Assembly (NCBI GenBank): GCA_001776775.1
Contig: MFDD01000002.1
Span: 37,746 to 101,745 of the forward strand
DNA from: Candidatus Daviesbacteria bacterium RIFCSPHIGHO2_02_FULL_43_12
GTDB lineage: Bacteria > Patescibacteriota > Microgenomatia > Daviesbacterales > UBA10151
DNA: 64,000 nucleotides
Direction: 5' to 3'
Below the pieces are notes generated by a model. It was not told the origin of the DNA. It saw only the letters and a list, made by a program, of their open reading frames with translations, and ran no database searches. Shown here piece after piece: positions 19,429 to 28,214 of this stretch (positions within the stretch are counted from its first letter, which is position 1; each line of letters opens with the position of its first letter). The translations under genes and the position numbers were made by a program.

Positions 19429-20106
19429 ATGTTTAAACAAAAAAGAGTTATTATTTCCCTCACGGTAGCTGTGGCCCTTTTTGCTTTTTTTGTATCATTT
19501 TCAAAGCTGGTGAACAGAGATCTTTTTCCACAAATTGATTTTGATATTACCGTTAAACTCCAGGATAAACTTCCCCATCTTGTAGACTTTCCTTTTACTA
19601 TCCTCTCTCTTTTGGGCAACCCAGAGCCAACTGTTATTTTTTGGTTTTTGATGGTACTTTTCTTTGCTGTGAGGCGCCGTTGGATTGTATCGATCGGGTT
19701 GTTGGGGTTATTTCCGCTTTCGTTATTTATTGAAATATATGGAAAAACTTTTGTTTACCACCCTGCACCTCCCCAATTTATGTACCGCGGATTGTTCGAC
19801 TTTTCTCTTTCTAAATACTACGTCCATACAGAATTTTCGTATCCTTCTGGTCATGTAACCAGGATCAGCTTCTTTGTGGCTTTTTTTGTGGTTTATTTAC
19901 TGCATACTATCAAAAACCCTATCAAGAAGGTTGTTTCTGCTGGCATTCTCATGCTTTTTTTGATCTTGATGCTAGTCTCCCGAGTATATTTAGCAGAGCA
20001 TTGGACAACAGACGTTATTGGAGGACTACTACTAGGTTCTTCGTTTGGAATAGTGGCGGGTGTGCCTGCTCTATTTAGAAATTCAAGGACAGAAATTACT
20101 ACTTAA
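19429..20106 (+). CDS. PAP2-family phosphatase
   Basis: PAP2 motifs YPSGH and SRVYLAEHWTTD (SRx5Hx3D). Confidence 0.75.
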   Translation: MFKQKRVIISLTVAVALFAFFVSFSKLVNRDLFPQIDFDITVKLQDKLPHLVDFPFTILSLLGNPEPTVIFWFLMVLFFAVRRRWIVSIGLLGLFPLSLFIEIYGKTFVYHPAPPQFMYRGLFDFSLSKYYVHTEFSYPSGHVTRISFFVAFFVVYLLHTIKNPIKKVVSAGILMLFLILMLVSRVYLAEHWTTDVIGGLLLGSSFGIVAGVPALFRNSRTEITT

Positions 20107-20122
20107 CTTTTCGGTCTAATTA

Positions 20123-21565
20123 ATGCACAATAAACCTGTGAACTCCCTTAACTTGATTCTCTTTGGTATCACCAGTAACCTGGCTCAAAAATATTTACTG
20201 CAAGCCCTCTATGACCTGGCAGAAAAAGAGTTGCTTCCAGACGGTCTTAAAATATTGGGGATAGCCAGGACTCCCATGACCAAAAAAGAGATCCGAAACT
20301 TTTTAATTGCAGTACTGCAAGCAGAAAACAAACACCACCAACATGAGATAAAGCAGACAGTGGTTGATAATTTAGCTAAGAAACTTTTTTATATTGACGG
20401 ACATATAGAGGATCCAAACCTTTATGTAAAAATTAAACAGTTTATTGGAAACGAAAATCCAGCTGGTGATATTATCTATTATTTAGCAACTTACCCTGAG
20501 CTTTATGAAACGATTTTTGAAAACCTCAAAAGCGAGCAACTAAACAAGCAAAAAAATGGTTGGGTTAGGCTGATGATCGAGAAGCCAATTGGTAATAATC
20601 TTGACTCTGCAAGAAAAATAAATAAATCTTTACTTAAATATTTTCAAGAGAGTCAAATATACCGACTAGATCATTATTTAGGAAAAGAGACCCTGCAAAA
20701 TATTTTGACCTTTAGATTTGGAAATAATATATTTGAGAATTTAGTCAACAAAGACTTTGTTGACCACATCCAAATCTCTTTACTCGAAGATTTTGGGGTA
20801 GGTAAACGGGGTGGTTATTATGATTTAGTCGGAGCATTAAAGGATGTGGGGCAAAATCATCTTCTACAAATGCTCGCCTTAGCAACTATGGATAAACCCC
20901 AGGAATTTAGCAATAAAGAGATTACCCATAATCGGGCAAAGGTTTTGAAAGATTTAGTTCCCTCGCCTAACCAAATTATCTATGGCCAATATGCAGGATA
21001 TAGATCTGAAAAAAATATCCCTCCGGATTCTCGTACAGACACATTTTTTGCTTTTAAAACCGAGCTTCGAAATAAGAGATTTAAGGGGGTGCCTATTTAT
21101 ATACGGTCTGGCAAAAAACTTAAACAAACGGTAACAGAAGTTTCGATTGTATTTAAAAAGCCCGCTAACTCTCTTTTCTCACCTATCGGGACAAGCATTC
21201 CGAATGTCTTAATTTACAGGGTTCAACCAAACGAGGGGATTGTTCTAAAAATCAATACCAAGAAACCGGGGCAAACTCAGAAATTAGAAGAAACGTATAT
21301 GCAATTTTGCTACCGGGATTACGAAACTGCCTTACCCGATCCTTATGAAAAATTAATTTTGGACGTGATGAAAGGAGACCAGACTTTTTTTAATGATGCC
21401 AAGGAGATAGAAGCATCCTGGAAGTTCATAGATCCTTTAGTTGGTGTGAGCAAAGATCTCTATATCTATGAACCTGGATCGTACGGACCAAAAGAGGCAG
21501 ATGACTTGATCAAAGCTGATGGTCGAGAGTGGTTAGAGCCGTCCAACTTATTCTGTAAGATATAA
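20123..21565 (+). CDS. zwf: Glucose-6-phosphate 1-dehydrogenase
   Basis: N-terminal Rossmann ILFGITSNLA and active-site RLDHYLGKE motif. Full-length. Confidence 0.9.
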   Translation: MHNKPVNSLNLILFGITSNLAQKYLLQALYDLAEKELLPDGLKILGIARTPMTKKEIRNFLIAVLQAENKHHQHEIKQTVVDNLAKKLFYIDGHIEDPNLYVKIKQFIGNENPAGDIIYYLATYPELYETIFENLKSEQLNKQKNGWVRLMIEKPIGNNLDSARKINKSLLKYFQESQIYRLDHYLGKETLQNILTFRFGNNIFENLVNKDFVDHIQISLLEDFGVGKRGGYYDLVGALKDVGQNHLLQMLALATMDKPQEFSNKEITHNRAKVLKDLVPSPNQIIYGQYAGYRSEKNIPPDSRTDTFFAFKTELRNKRFKGVPIYIRSGKKLKQTVTEVSIVFKKPANSLFSPIGTSIPNVLIYRVQPNEGIVLKINTKKPGQTQKLEETYMQFCYRDYETALPDPYEKLILDVMKGDQTFFNDAKEIEASWKFIDPLVGVSKDLYIYEPGSYGPKEADDLIKADGREWLEPSNLFCKI

Positions 21566-21569
21566 AATT

Positions 21570-21625
21570 GGATTCATGATATAGGATTTATGATTCGTAA
21601 ATCATATTTCTTGAATCGTGAATCA
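21570..21625. repeat. Palindromic element (GGATTCATGA / TGATTCGTAAATCA / TCTTGAATCGTGAATCA) between the convergent zwf and gnd
   Basis: Shares a 15/16-nt core with the dinB 5' element. It fills the 60-bp convergent intergenic region exactly. Confidence 0.35.
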
Positions 21626-22558
21626 TTATTTCTTAACGGAGTGGTGGCCAAATTGTCCACGAAGAGCAGAAACTGCCTTATTTCTAAATCCATTAGGAGA
21701 ATCTTCTCTGTCGTTGCCAGAACTCTCCCTGATTCTAATGGCATCCTCAATGACGGGAGTATCTATCTCGAGCTCCTTAGCAGCCTCGACTGTCCAGTCG
21801 GCCTCTCCTAGAATCCTCTGCTCTCCCCCACCTCCGGAGCCAATTTTCGAAGAAATGTTATCCAGATTTGGATCATCTTGAAAGGAGTTTTGCATCCATT
21901 CTACGAGTCTGGAGGTAATCACCGATTGGTGATTATAGATATCCATAACTTTTGCCAGATCAAAACCAAATGAACTATTTTTCAGGACAGCGACACCTTC
22001 AGCCAGAGCTTCCATCATTCCGTATTCAATACCGTTATGTACCATCTTGGCAAAATGCCCCGCTCCAACTGGGCCTAAGTGTTTAAATGCTTGGTCTGCG
22101 GCCAAAAGTTTAGCTAGAGGCTCAAAGCGTAGATAGTCCTCGTCCGAACCGCCAATCATCAAACAAGCTCCCGTTCGGGCACCCCCCGGACCTCCGGAAG
22201 TGCCACAATCCATAAAGTGGATCCGTGAAGACTTTAGATCCTGACTGCGACGAATAGTATCTTTGTAAAAAGAGTTAGCACAATCGACAATCAGATCATC
22301 TGCCGATAAATGGGGTCTTAGCTCGTTAATAAACTCGTCTGTTACTTCTCCAGCCGGAAGCATCAGTAGGATCATCCGAGGAGGCTCTAGTTTACTAACC
22401 AGATCTTTAATTGTTTCCGCCGGGATGGCTCCCGCTCCGGCAACTTCCTCGACTGGTTCGGGAGAGCGGTTCCAGGCCACAACTTCTACTCCCTGTTCAA
22501 GAGCATTTAAAACCATGGCTTTACCCATCTTGCCCAGGCCAATGAAACCAATTTTCAT
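21626..22558 (-). CDS. gnd: 6-phosphogluconate dehydrogenase (decarboxylating), short form
   Basis: MKIGFIGLGKMGKAM NAD(P)-binding N-terminus and 6PGD-like C-domain. About 300-aa YqeC-type. Confidence 0.85.
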   Translation of the reverse strand: MKIGFIGLGKMGKAMVLNALEQGVEVVAWNRSPEPVEEVAGAGAIPAETIKDLVSKLEPPRMILLMLPAGEVTDEFINELRPHLSADDLIVDCANSFYKDTIRRSQDLKSSRIHFMDCGTSGGPGGARTGACLMIGGSDEDYLRFEPLAKLLAADQAFKHLGPVGAGHFAKMVHNGIEYGMMEALAEGVAVLKNSSFGFDLAKVMDIYNHQSVITSRLVEWMQNSFQDDPNLDNISSKIGSGGGGEQRILGEADWTVEAAKELEIDTPVIEDAIRIRESSGNDREDSPNGFRNKAVSALRGQFGHHSVKK

Positions 22559-22612
22559 TAGATCTAATATTAGAACAACTAGTAACTAGTGGCAAGTAAC
22601 AAGTTAAGAGGT

Positions 22613-23341
22613 TTAGAGTCTGATGACACGGGAGCTGGCGGTAGTTTGCTTGAGCCAATCATTAAAAGCTGTAGTAGTTTTTTGTCTTTTAAGAGTATCC
22701 GCAATACTCTGTTTTAGCTTAGCGCTTTCCGAGCTTTGGGGATCAGTAATCTGAGGAAGCTGCTCCTTGTTGGTTTCCATATAAGCGGCGACTTCGTCAT
22801 CCGAAATTGTGATATCCTTGCCAAACATTTTCTCGATTAGGATTTGGTATTTAAGCTGCTTTTGAAAGTCGTCGATAGTCATACCTTGAAATTGGAGTAA
22901 CTGAGATAACTTGTCCATACCACCCTGTTCGGCGGCGATTTTATCTAACTCTATTTTGACATCAGCATCGCTAGCGTAAACATTTCTTTTACGGGCTTCG
23001 CTTATAATCAGAGTTTGACCAATCAAACGATCTGTGGCATCCTTACCGTAACGCGCTTCTAAATCACGATCAAGTTGAATGCGGGTGATCGGAATGCGGT
23101 CAACCCAGGCAATCACTAAAAACCTATATCCAAAAAAAAGAGCAAGTCCGACACCAGCTATTCCTACCAAAACAAACAGCTTCTGTTTAGTCGAATAACT
23201 GTTGAATAAATTTATAGTTTTATCTACTAGGCTTGGGCTAGTAAGAGGAGAGTTTTTTCTTTTGGACTTAGCTCGAGCAGTTTGGGTAACTGCTAACTTT
23301 TTTCCTATTTTAGATGTTTTTGAACCAACTTTTCGTGCCAT
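22613..23341 (-). CDS. SurA N-terminal-domain chaperone-like protein (membrane anchored)
   Basis: Basic N-tail, one TM, then a SurA_N-like helical domain. No obvious PPIase domain. Confidence 0.5.
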   Translation of the reverse strand: MARKVGSKTSKIGKKLAVTQTARAKSKRKNSPLTSPSLVDKTINLFNSYSTKQKLFVLVGIAGVGLALFFGYRFLVIAWVDRIPITRIQLDRDLEARYGKDATDRLIGQTLIISEARKRNVYASDADVKIELDKIAAEQGGMDKLSQLLQFQGMTIDDFQKQLKYQILIEKMFGKDITISDDEVAAYMETNKEQLPQITDPQSSESAKLKQSIADTLKRQKTTTAFNDWLKQTTASSRVIRL

Positions 23342-23458
23342 AGTATATTTACTTAGGATAACTTTCTGATCTTATCATCTAGTACAGTCTGGGGCAAGGG
23401 GTTAGTTTAGAGTATATGGTATATAGTATATGGTAAGTTGTGGATTTAGTACAAAATT

Positions 23459-23791
23459 ATGTGGCTTATTAATTTAACTAAGAAAACTACAGTTACTACA
23501 GACGCCAAAGAAGCATTGGGTTTTTGGGATAGGATGCTTGGACTATTGAATAATAAAAATCCCAGGTCGCTTATTTTTTATACCCGCTTTGGAATCCATA
23601 CTTTTGGATTGGATCAACCTCTTGATGTATTAGTGCTTGATAAAGGGTTTCGGGTGGTCCAACTCAAGGAAAACTTAAAACCAAACCGACTTTTCTTTTG
23701 GAATCCTAGATATTTGATGGTCGTTGAACTGCCAATTAACTCTATCCGGCTATCAAAAACTAGCCTGGGAAACCAACTAAAGGTAGAATAA
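23459..23791 (+). CDS. DUF192 family protein
   Basis: GIHTFGLDQPLDVLVLDKGFRVV pattern typical of DUF192. Confidence 0.6.
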   Translation: MWLINLTKKTTVTTDAKEALGFWDRMLGLLNNKNPRSLIFYTRFGIHTFGLDQPLDVLVLDKGFRVVQLKENLKPNRLFFWNPRYLMVVELPINSIRLSKTSLGNQLKVE

Positions 23792-23826
23792 GCACCCTCG
23801 TCTTTGGTAGAATAGCAGAGTTAAAT

Positions 23827-23898
23827 GCCCCCGTAGGCTAACGGATAGACCACGACGCTTCGGACGTCGTTGTGCGGGTTCGATTCCTGCCGGGGGCA
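23827..23898 (+). tRNA. tRNA-Arg (anticodon TCG)
   Basis: Acceptor GCCCCCG/CGGGGGC, anticodon stem CGACG/CGTCG with loop CTTCGGA, T-loop TTCGATT. The D-stem is imperfect (3/4 pairs). Confidence 0.7.
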
Positions 23899-23908
23899 CA
23901 GATAAATC

Positions 23909-25162
23909 ATGGAGAAAAAAGATAATTCTTCAACTGGAGTTCGTCGTAGAACTCTTCTGGCCAAAACTGCACAGGCAGGAGGCGGATTACTAGCTAATCC
24001 TCGGATGGATTTTTTATCGAGCAGCATTACCCCAGAAGTAAACTTAAAAACAAATCAAATTGAAGTGGTCGGGCTGGATAAACCACTTTCTGAACAAGGC
24101 CTATTAACTTATATAAAAACTGTAAATGAAAAGCCTGCAGAAATGCTGGAAAATATGGTTTACGGAAGCATATTTGTTTCAAAAAAAGCCTATGAAGACT
24201 TTTCTAAAAATTTGGGAGAAACATTTGAATTATTTATACAAAGACACTCAACAGCCATGAATCACCTCCTTAAACAGGCAAATCCTCCCACCACCGACTT
24301 TACCATGCGCAGAATTGTTATTTTAGAAGACAAGGTAGCACCTCCTTATTCCGGTCACCAAAACTGGGCACAAAAGGGTATGAAAGACTCAGATGGTGCT
24401 TGGTTTTTTGGGGAGGCTTATAATCCGCGTTCAACAGCCTACTTTAGAAAGGAAGATAGTATTGATTTAGGGTTGTTGCATGAATGGGGACATACAATCC
24501 TACATTTAAATGATCAGTATAAACTAGATTACAACAATGCCGACTCCACATCCATAGATAGGATAGTTACTCAGCTACCCGCCTCTTGGAGAAAATATAT
24601 TGGATCATACAGAAACGATATGCTGGATTTAATGGCATCGACTAGTCCTCAATTTAATAGATTTACTGCCTTACAGCTCGAGAGAAGAAGAAAAAGAGGC
24701 TCCCATGATGTTTTGCCAAATATAGTTGATGAAAATGGTTGGCAACATGAGTTACCTCAGCAGGTAGGATTAAAGCTACTTCATGAAGGAAGAGAAATTA
24801 AGGTCAAAAATCTATCAGTATATGTAACTCAAGCACGAACGATCGGACCTGCGAGACAAAAAAATATTCCAGAAAAAGCTATTTTTGAAAATGATTCAGC
24901 ATTTCTTTATCCGCAGTCTTTTTTTATTCGGAGAGAATATGGGGTATACAGTGACGAAGCTACTGTGCTAATGCTGATAAGAGATGAGCATAATCAGAGA
25001 TACTTTCGTTGGATGGATATCAGGGATTTTAACATACCTTTTTGGCAGGGATTAGATAAACTGCAAGCCACATTAAACGTGGTATCTCAAGATGCAACAG
25101 AACCTCCAAATCCGGCAAACTTTGACTGGACAATTCAATACGAAGCGCAAGTAATAAAATAA
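23909..25162 (+). CDS. Secreted HExxH zinc-metallopeptidase-like protein with twin-arginine (Tat) signal
   Basis: N-terminus contains an RRRTLLAKTAQAGG Tat-type motif. HEWGHTILH sits in the middle of the protein. Confidence 0.5.
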   Translation: MEKKDNSSTGVRRRTLLAKTAQAGGGLLANPRMDFLSSSITPEVNLKTNQIEVVGLDKPLSEQGLLTYIKTVNEKPAEMLENMVYGSIFVSKKAYEDFSKNLGETFELFIQRHSTAMNHLLKQANPPTTDFTMRRIVILEDKVAPPYSGHQNWAQKGMKDSDGAWFFGEAYNPRSTAYFRKEDSIDLGLLHEWGHTILHLNDQYKLDYNNADSTSIDRIVTQLPASWRKYIGSYRNDMLDLMASTSPQFNRFTALQLERRRKRGSHDVLPNIVDENGWQHELPQQVGLKLLHEGREIKVKNLSVYVTQARTIGPARQKNIPEKAIFENDSAFLYPQSFFIRREYGVYSDEATVLMLIRDEHNQRYFRWMDIRDFNIPFWQGLDKLQATLNVVSQDATEPPNPANFDWTIQYEAQVIK

Positions 25163-25178
25163 AGATAGGTACACATTT

Positions 25179-26036
25179 TTAATGATAGGGCTTAGTTAAA
25201 GAGTATCCTCTGATCTCTGGTCTGTTGACCTGATGAATATATAAATACATCTCCATCCCATTTGGCAATCTGACTTTTTTATCCCCCAATATTTTTCTTA
25301 ATCTAGATATTGCTACACTGACAGACTCCTTTGATGTCGAAAAGATACTTGCTAATTCGCCGCGAGAAAATATTCCGGTTGGACTTAGCTGAAGTATCTC
25401 AAGAATACAGGACTCAAAATGATCTACCTTAAAAAATTCATTTTTATGTGGTGGCGAAACCAAATTCCTTTTGGGGATGGATAATAGCTCTCCATGCGCA
25501 GTAGGGGTTTTAAGTACGCGAGGCAAGTCCTCACCAGGAGGTAATTGCAGGATTAAGGCTAGCTGCTCCTGGGATAAATGGGGCAATAAGGTAAAACCTC
25601 TTCTGGGAACCGAACATATAACGCGGGCCTCCTTTTTGCCTTCTTTGTCTAAACCCTCGGGTCTTAACTTTCTATTGATATGAGAGATCGCCTGATCAAT
25701 TGCAGTCAGTCTATTGCTATAAGTTAAAAAAGATGGGTGATCCTGGATCTCGTCAACGCTATAGACCTGGAATGGACTGCAGATAAACATCTCCAGCAAC
25801 AAGCCTTCTATCGTACCAAGCGATACCTTGATAGGTCGGCGTCTTCGGTGGCTGAGATTAGCCCTTCTGATGGTGGGATCATAGGAGAGCACACCTCTTG
25901 GCCCTAGGTCACAAAAGTATGTCAGAGAAAGAGGGAGGAAGCCGTCTCCTGAAACCTGACTAGGTACTTTTTCAGACCAATAAGGGCTGCCTGGAAATCG
26001 GCTAGTTTCACTTGCATTAGGCATGATCGGCATCAT
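25179..26036 (-). CDS. Putative transcriptional regulator with two OmpR/PhoB-type winged-helix domains and no receiver domain
   Basis: Two segments resemble Trans_reg_C: ...AISHINRKLRPEG...VPRRGFTL and ...AISRLRKILGDKK...MEMYLYI. Confidence 0.4.
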   Translation of the reverse strand: MMPIMPNASETSRFPGSPYWSEKVPSQVSGDGFLPLSLTYFCDLGPRGVLSYDPTIRRANLSHRRRRPIKVSLGTIEGLLLEMFICSPFQVYSVDEIQDHPSFLTYSNRLTAIDQAISHINRKLRPEGLDKEGKKEARVICSVPRRGFTLLPHLSQEQLALILQLPPGEDLPRVLKTPTAHGELLSIPKRNLVSPPHKNEFFKVDHFESCILEILQLSPTGIFSRGELASIFSTSKESVSVAISRLRKILGDKKVRLPNGMEMYLYIHQVNRPEIRGYSLTKPYH

Positions 26037-26075
26037 ACACTAAGCCATATTAAACTGAAATAGGTATGAAGGGAA

Positions 26076-26615
26076 TTATTCATTCTGTTTCAACCATATA
26101 AAGACGGTTAGGGTGTATGTTAGAAGTAAGATGGCTTCGAAATAGAGGTTAAGGTTATAAGCAGGAATCCAGACTCGAAGAGCAGGAGAGATATTAAAAA
26201 TCAAAGAGTAATTAGTCACGGAGCTTAACCAAATCTCTAGTAAGGCGTGTAGGGCTGCCCAAATTGCAGTTAATTTGATAACCCTTTGGTATTTATTGAT
26301 ATCCTGGGAAAGTTCAAAGCATAAGATTGCTAAAAGTGCCGAAAACGATCCGAAGAGAATTCCAATTAAACTGCCGTAAGCCCTGGCTGAATCGACCCAT
26401 ATCCCACCTACTTCGGACAGCCGAATATTAGAAAGTTGGATTATCCCCAAGAGTCCAAAAAAGCAGACTCCAATAACCAGTTCAATCTTCAAGAGTTTGG
26501 CTATATTTAGTTTCATATTGTTTAAACTTACAATGATTATAGCAAGATCAGACACTAAGATAATACCAGAGAGTAGTAGCTTTTTTCTTTCGATCTTAAA
26601 AGGTATAATTCTCAA
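26076..26615 (-). CDS. Membrane protein, unknown function
   Basis: 179 aa with about 5 TM helices. Confidence 0.45.
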   Translation of the reverse strand: MRIIPFKIERKKLLLSGIILVSDLAIIIVSLNNMKLNIAKLLKIELVIGVCFFGLLGIIQLSNIRLSEVGGIWVDSARAYGSLIGILFGSFSALLAILCFELSQDINKYQRVIKLTAIWAALHALLEIWLSSVTNYSLIFNISPALRVWIPAYNLNLYFEAILLLTYTLTVFIWLKQNE

Positions 26616-26627
26616 AGATAAAATAAT

Positions 26628-26699
26628 GGGCCGGTAGCTCAGCGGTAGAGCAGGAGCCTCTTAAGTTCTTGGTCGTGGGTTCAAATCCCACCCGGCTCA
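26628..26699 (+). tRNA. tRNA-Lys (anticodon CTT)
   Basis: GGGCCGG acceptor, GCTC/GAGC D-stem, anticodon loop CTCTTAA, T-loop TTCAAAT. No CCA. Confidence 0.85.
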
Positions 26700-26701
26700 C
26701 A

Positions 26702-27079
26702 CTATACTAAATCTTTGCGGAGGTAGATTAGGGAGTTGCCAACAGGATGATCTACCAGTTCGCCATACTGAACGTAGCCTAGCTTCTTATAAAACTCGGG
26801 AGCTTGCCAAGTGAAGGTGTTGGTGTAGGCAATCTTACAACCTCTCTTAATAGCTTCCGCTTCCACTTGTTCCATAAGCTTGGTTCCCCAATCTTGTCCC
26901 CGCAGAGATTGATCGACCCAGATAGACTGAATCTCCACGCCGTTCCATTCAAAAGCCACTATCACCCCACCCCAAACCTTGCCCTTGGACTGGTGATAGG
27001 ACAACATCCCCTGGCGCAAGGCCTCTTTGTCCTCAGGATTCGGCTCACCAGTTGATGGTATAAGTTTAAAATCACTCAT
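26702..27079 (-). CDS. GNAT-family N-acetyltransferase
   Basis: Acetyl-CoA motif region QDWGTKLMEQVEAEAIKRGC and GNAT-size fold. Confidence 0.7.
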   Translation of the reverse strand: MSDFKLIPSTGEPNPEDKEALRQGMLSYHQSKGKVWGGVIVAFEWNGVEIQSIWVDQSLRGQDWGTKLMEQVEAEAIKRGCKIAYTNTFTWQAPEFYKKLGYVQYGELVDHPVGNSLIYLRKDLV

Positions 27080-27104
27080 GGATAGATTATATCAACATTA
27101 CCGA

Positions 27105-28214
27105 TTAAAAAGAGACGAGTGAGGAAGCAGGAGAGAGACTAAGCTTACTGTTAACGCCCCTCTTAAACTTCAAAAACTCTAAGAGAGTCCTAATTTGGTC
27201 CACAGCCTGAGCTTTTCTTTTAGCATCAAATTCACCATTACCGGTCTCTAAATCCTTTTGCCCCTGACCGTGTAGATAGGGGATATCGACCGATGTCACC
27301 TTCAAGCCTGCCCAAAGAGCTGAGGCTACTGGTAACTGAAGGCCATTTGACCAACGCTCTGGATCAATGTTTCGATCCTTAGGGTCATTGATGTCAGGAG
27401 TATAAACCCATCGAGCCAGAAAATGCTCAGCTGCACTTCGCGAAAACGATCTTTGGCCATTAAAAAAGTCCATTTTACGAGGGGTATATATTGGCAAGTC
27501 ATCTGAACCCCGACCAAGCAAACCTTCCTTTATAAGAATCGACTCCATAGCTTTTCCAGCCCTAGTCTCAAAAACCATTTGAACTGTGGGTAATGAGGCC
27601 ATACCTATAGCATTACGATTTGCTATAACTACATCATATGGAGGGATCATTCGTCCGTCTGGAGCCGGGTAGCTATTAAGTATTGGAGCAGCCATGACTA
27701 AGTGTCCATTAAATTCTACTGTTTCCGGTTTATTGGCTTCGATCCAAGTAACCACTTGGACATCTCGATTACCTAAGAGTACCTTATAAGCAACTCTACG
27801 ATCGGCGGCCATGGTACTACGAACCCCAGGCTCTGGGTGAACTATGGTGGCTCCAGTATCTGTAAGCATATGCTGAAATTCCACTGAGCTACCGCCATCA
27901 GTTACCACTACCGGATGCCCCATTTTAACAGCAGTGCTGAAAAGTTGCTCTGCAGCAAGTCCTCGATGATTATCGATAACGCCTGTACCTTTCGACAGAT
28001 CAAATCCCGGAAAAAACGTAATGGAAGCAACTCCCACACTACGAGGATCAATTCGATCCGTTAGGCCAGCAATGCGGTCGGCTTGACGAACCGTGAAACC
28101 TCTGTCGATAATACCTTGCTTTAAGTCCTGATCTGCAGTCATCAGGAGGAATATACATCTGTCTTCCCTGATTGTCAATCTGATTGTTTGGACTGGCGGA
28201 GGTAGGACCAACAA
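27105..28214 (-). CDS. Hypothetical enzyme-like protein
   Basis: 369 aa and GC-richer than its neighbours. The ORF overlaps the yibE/F 3' end by 40 bp, so the true start is probably the internal Met near 28142. Confidence 0.4.
   Translation of the reverse strand: MLVLPPPVQTIRLTIREDRCIFLLMTADQDLKQGIIDRGFTVRQADRIAGLTDRIDPRSVGVASITFFPGFDLSKGTGVIDNHRGLAAEQLFSTAVKMGHPVVVTDGGSSVEFQHMLTDTGATIVHPEPGVRSTMAADRRVAYKVLLGNRDVQVVTWIEANKPETVEFNGHLVMAAPILNSYPAPDGRMIPPYDVVIANRNAIGMASLPTVQMVFETRAGKAMESILIKEGLLGRGSDDLPIYTPRKMDFFNGQRSFSRSAAEHFLARWVYTPDINDPKDRNIDPERWSNGLQLPVASALWAGLKVTSVDIPYLHGQGQKDLETGNGEFDAKRKAQAVDQIRTLLEFLKFKRGVNSKLSLSPASSLVSF

Noticed and set aside
21590-21881. + strand ORFs overlapping the gnd 3' region
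   Set aside because: Antisense to a confidently identified 6PGDH gene.
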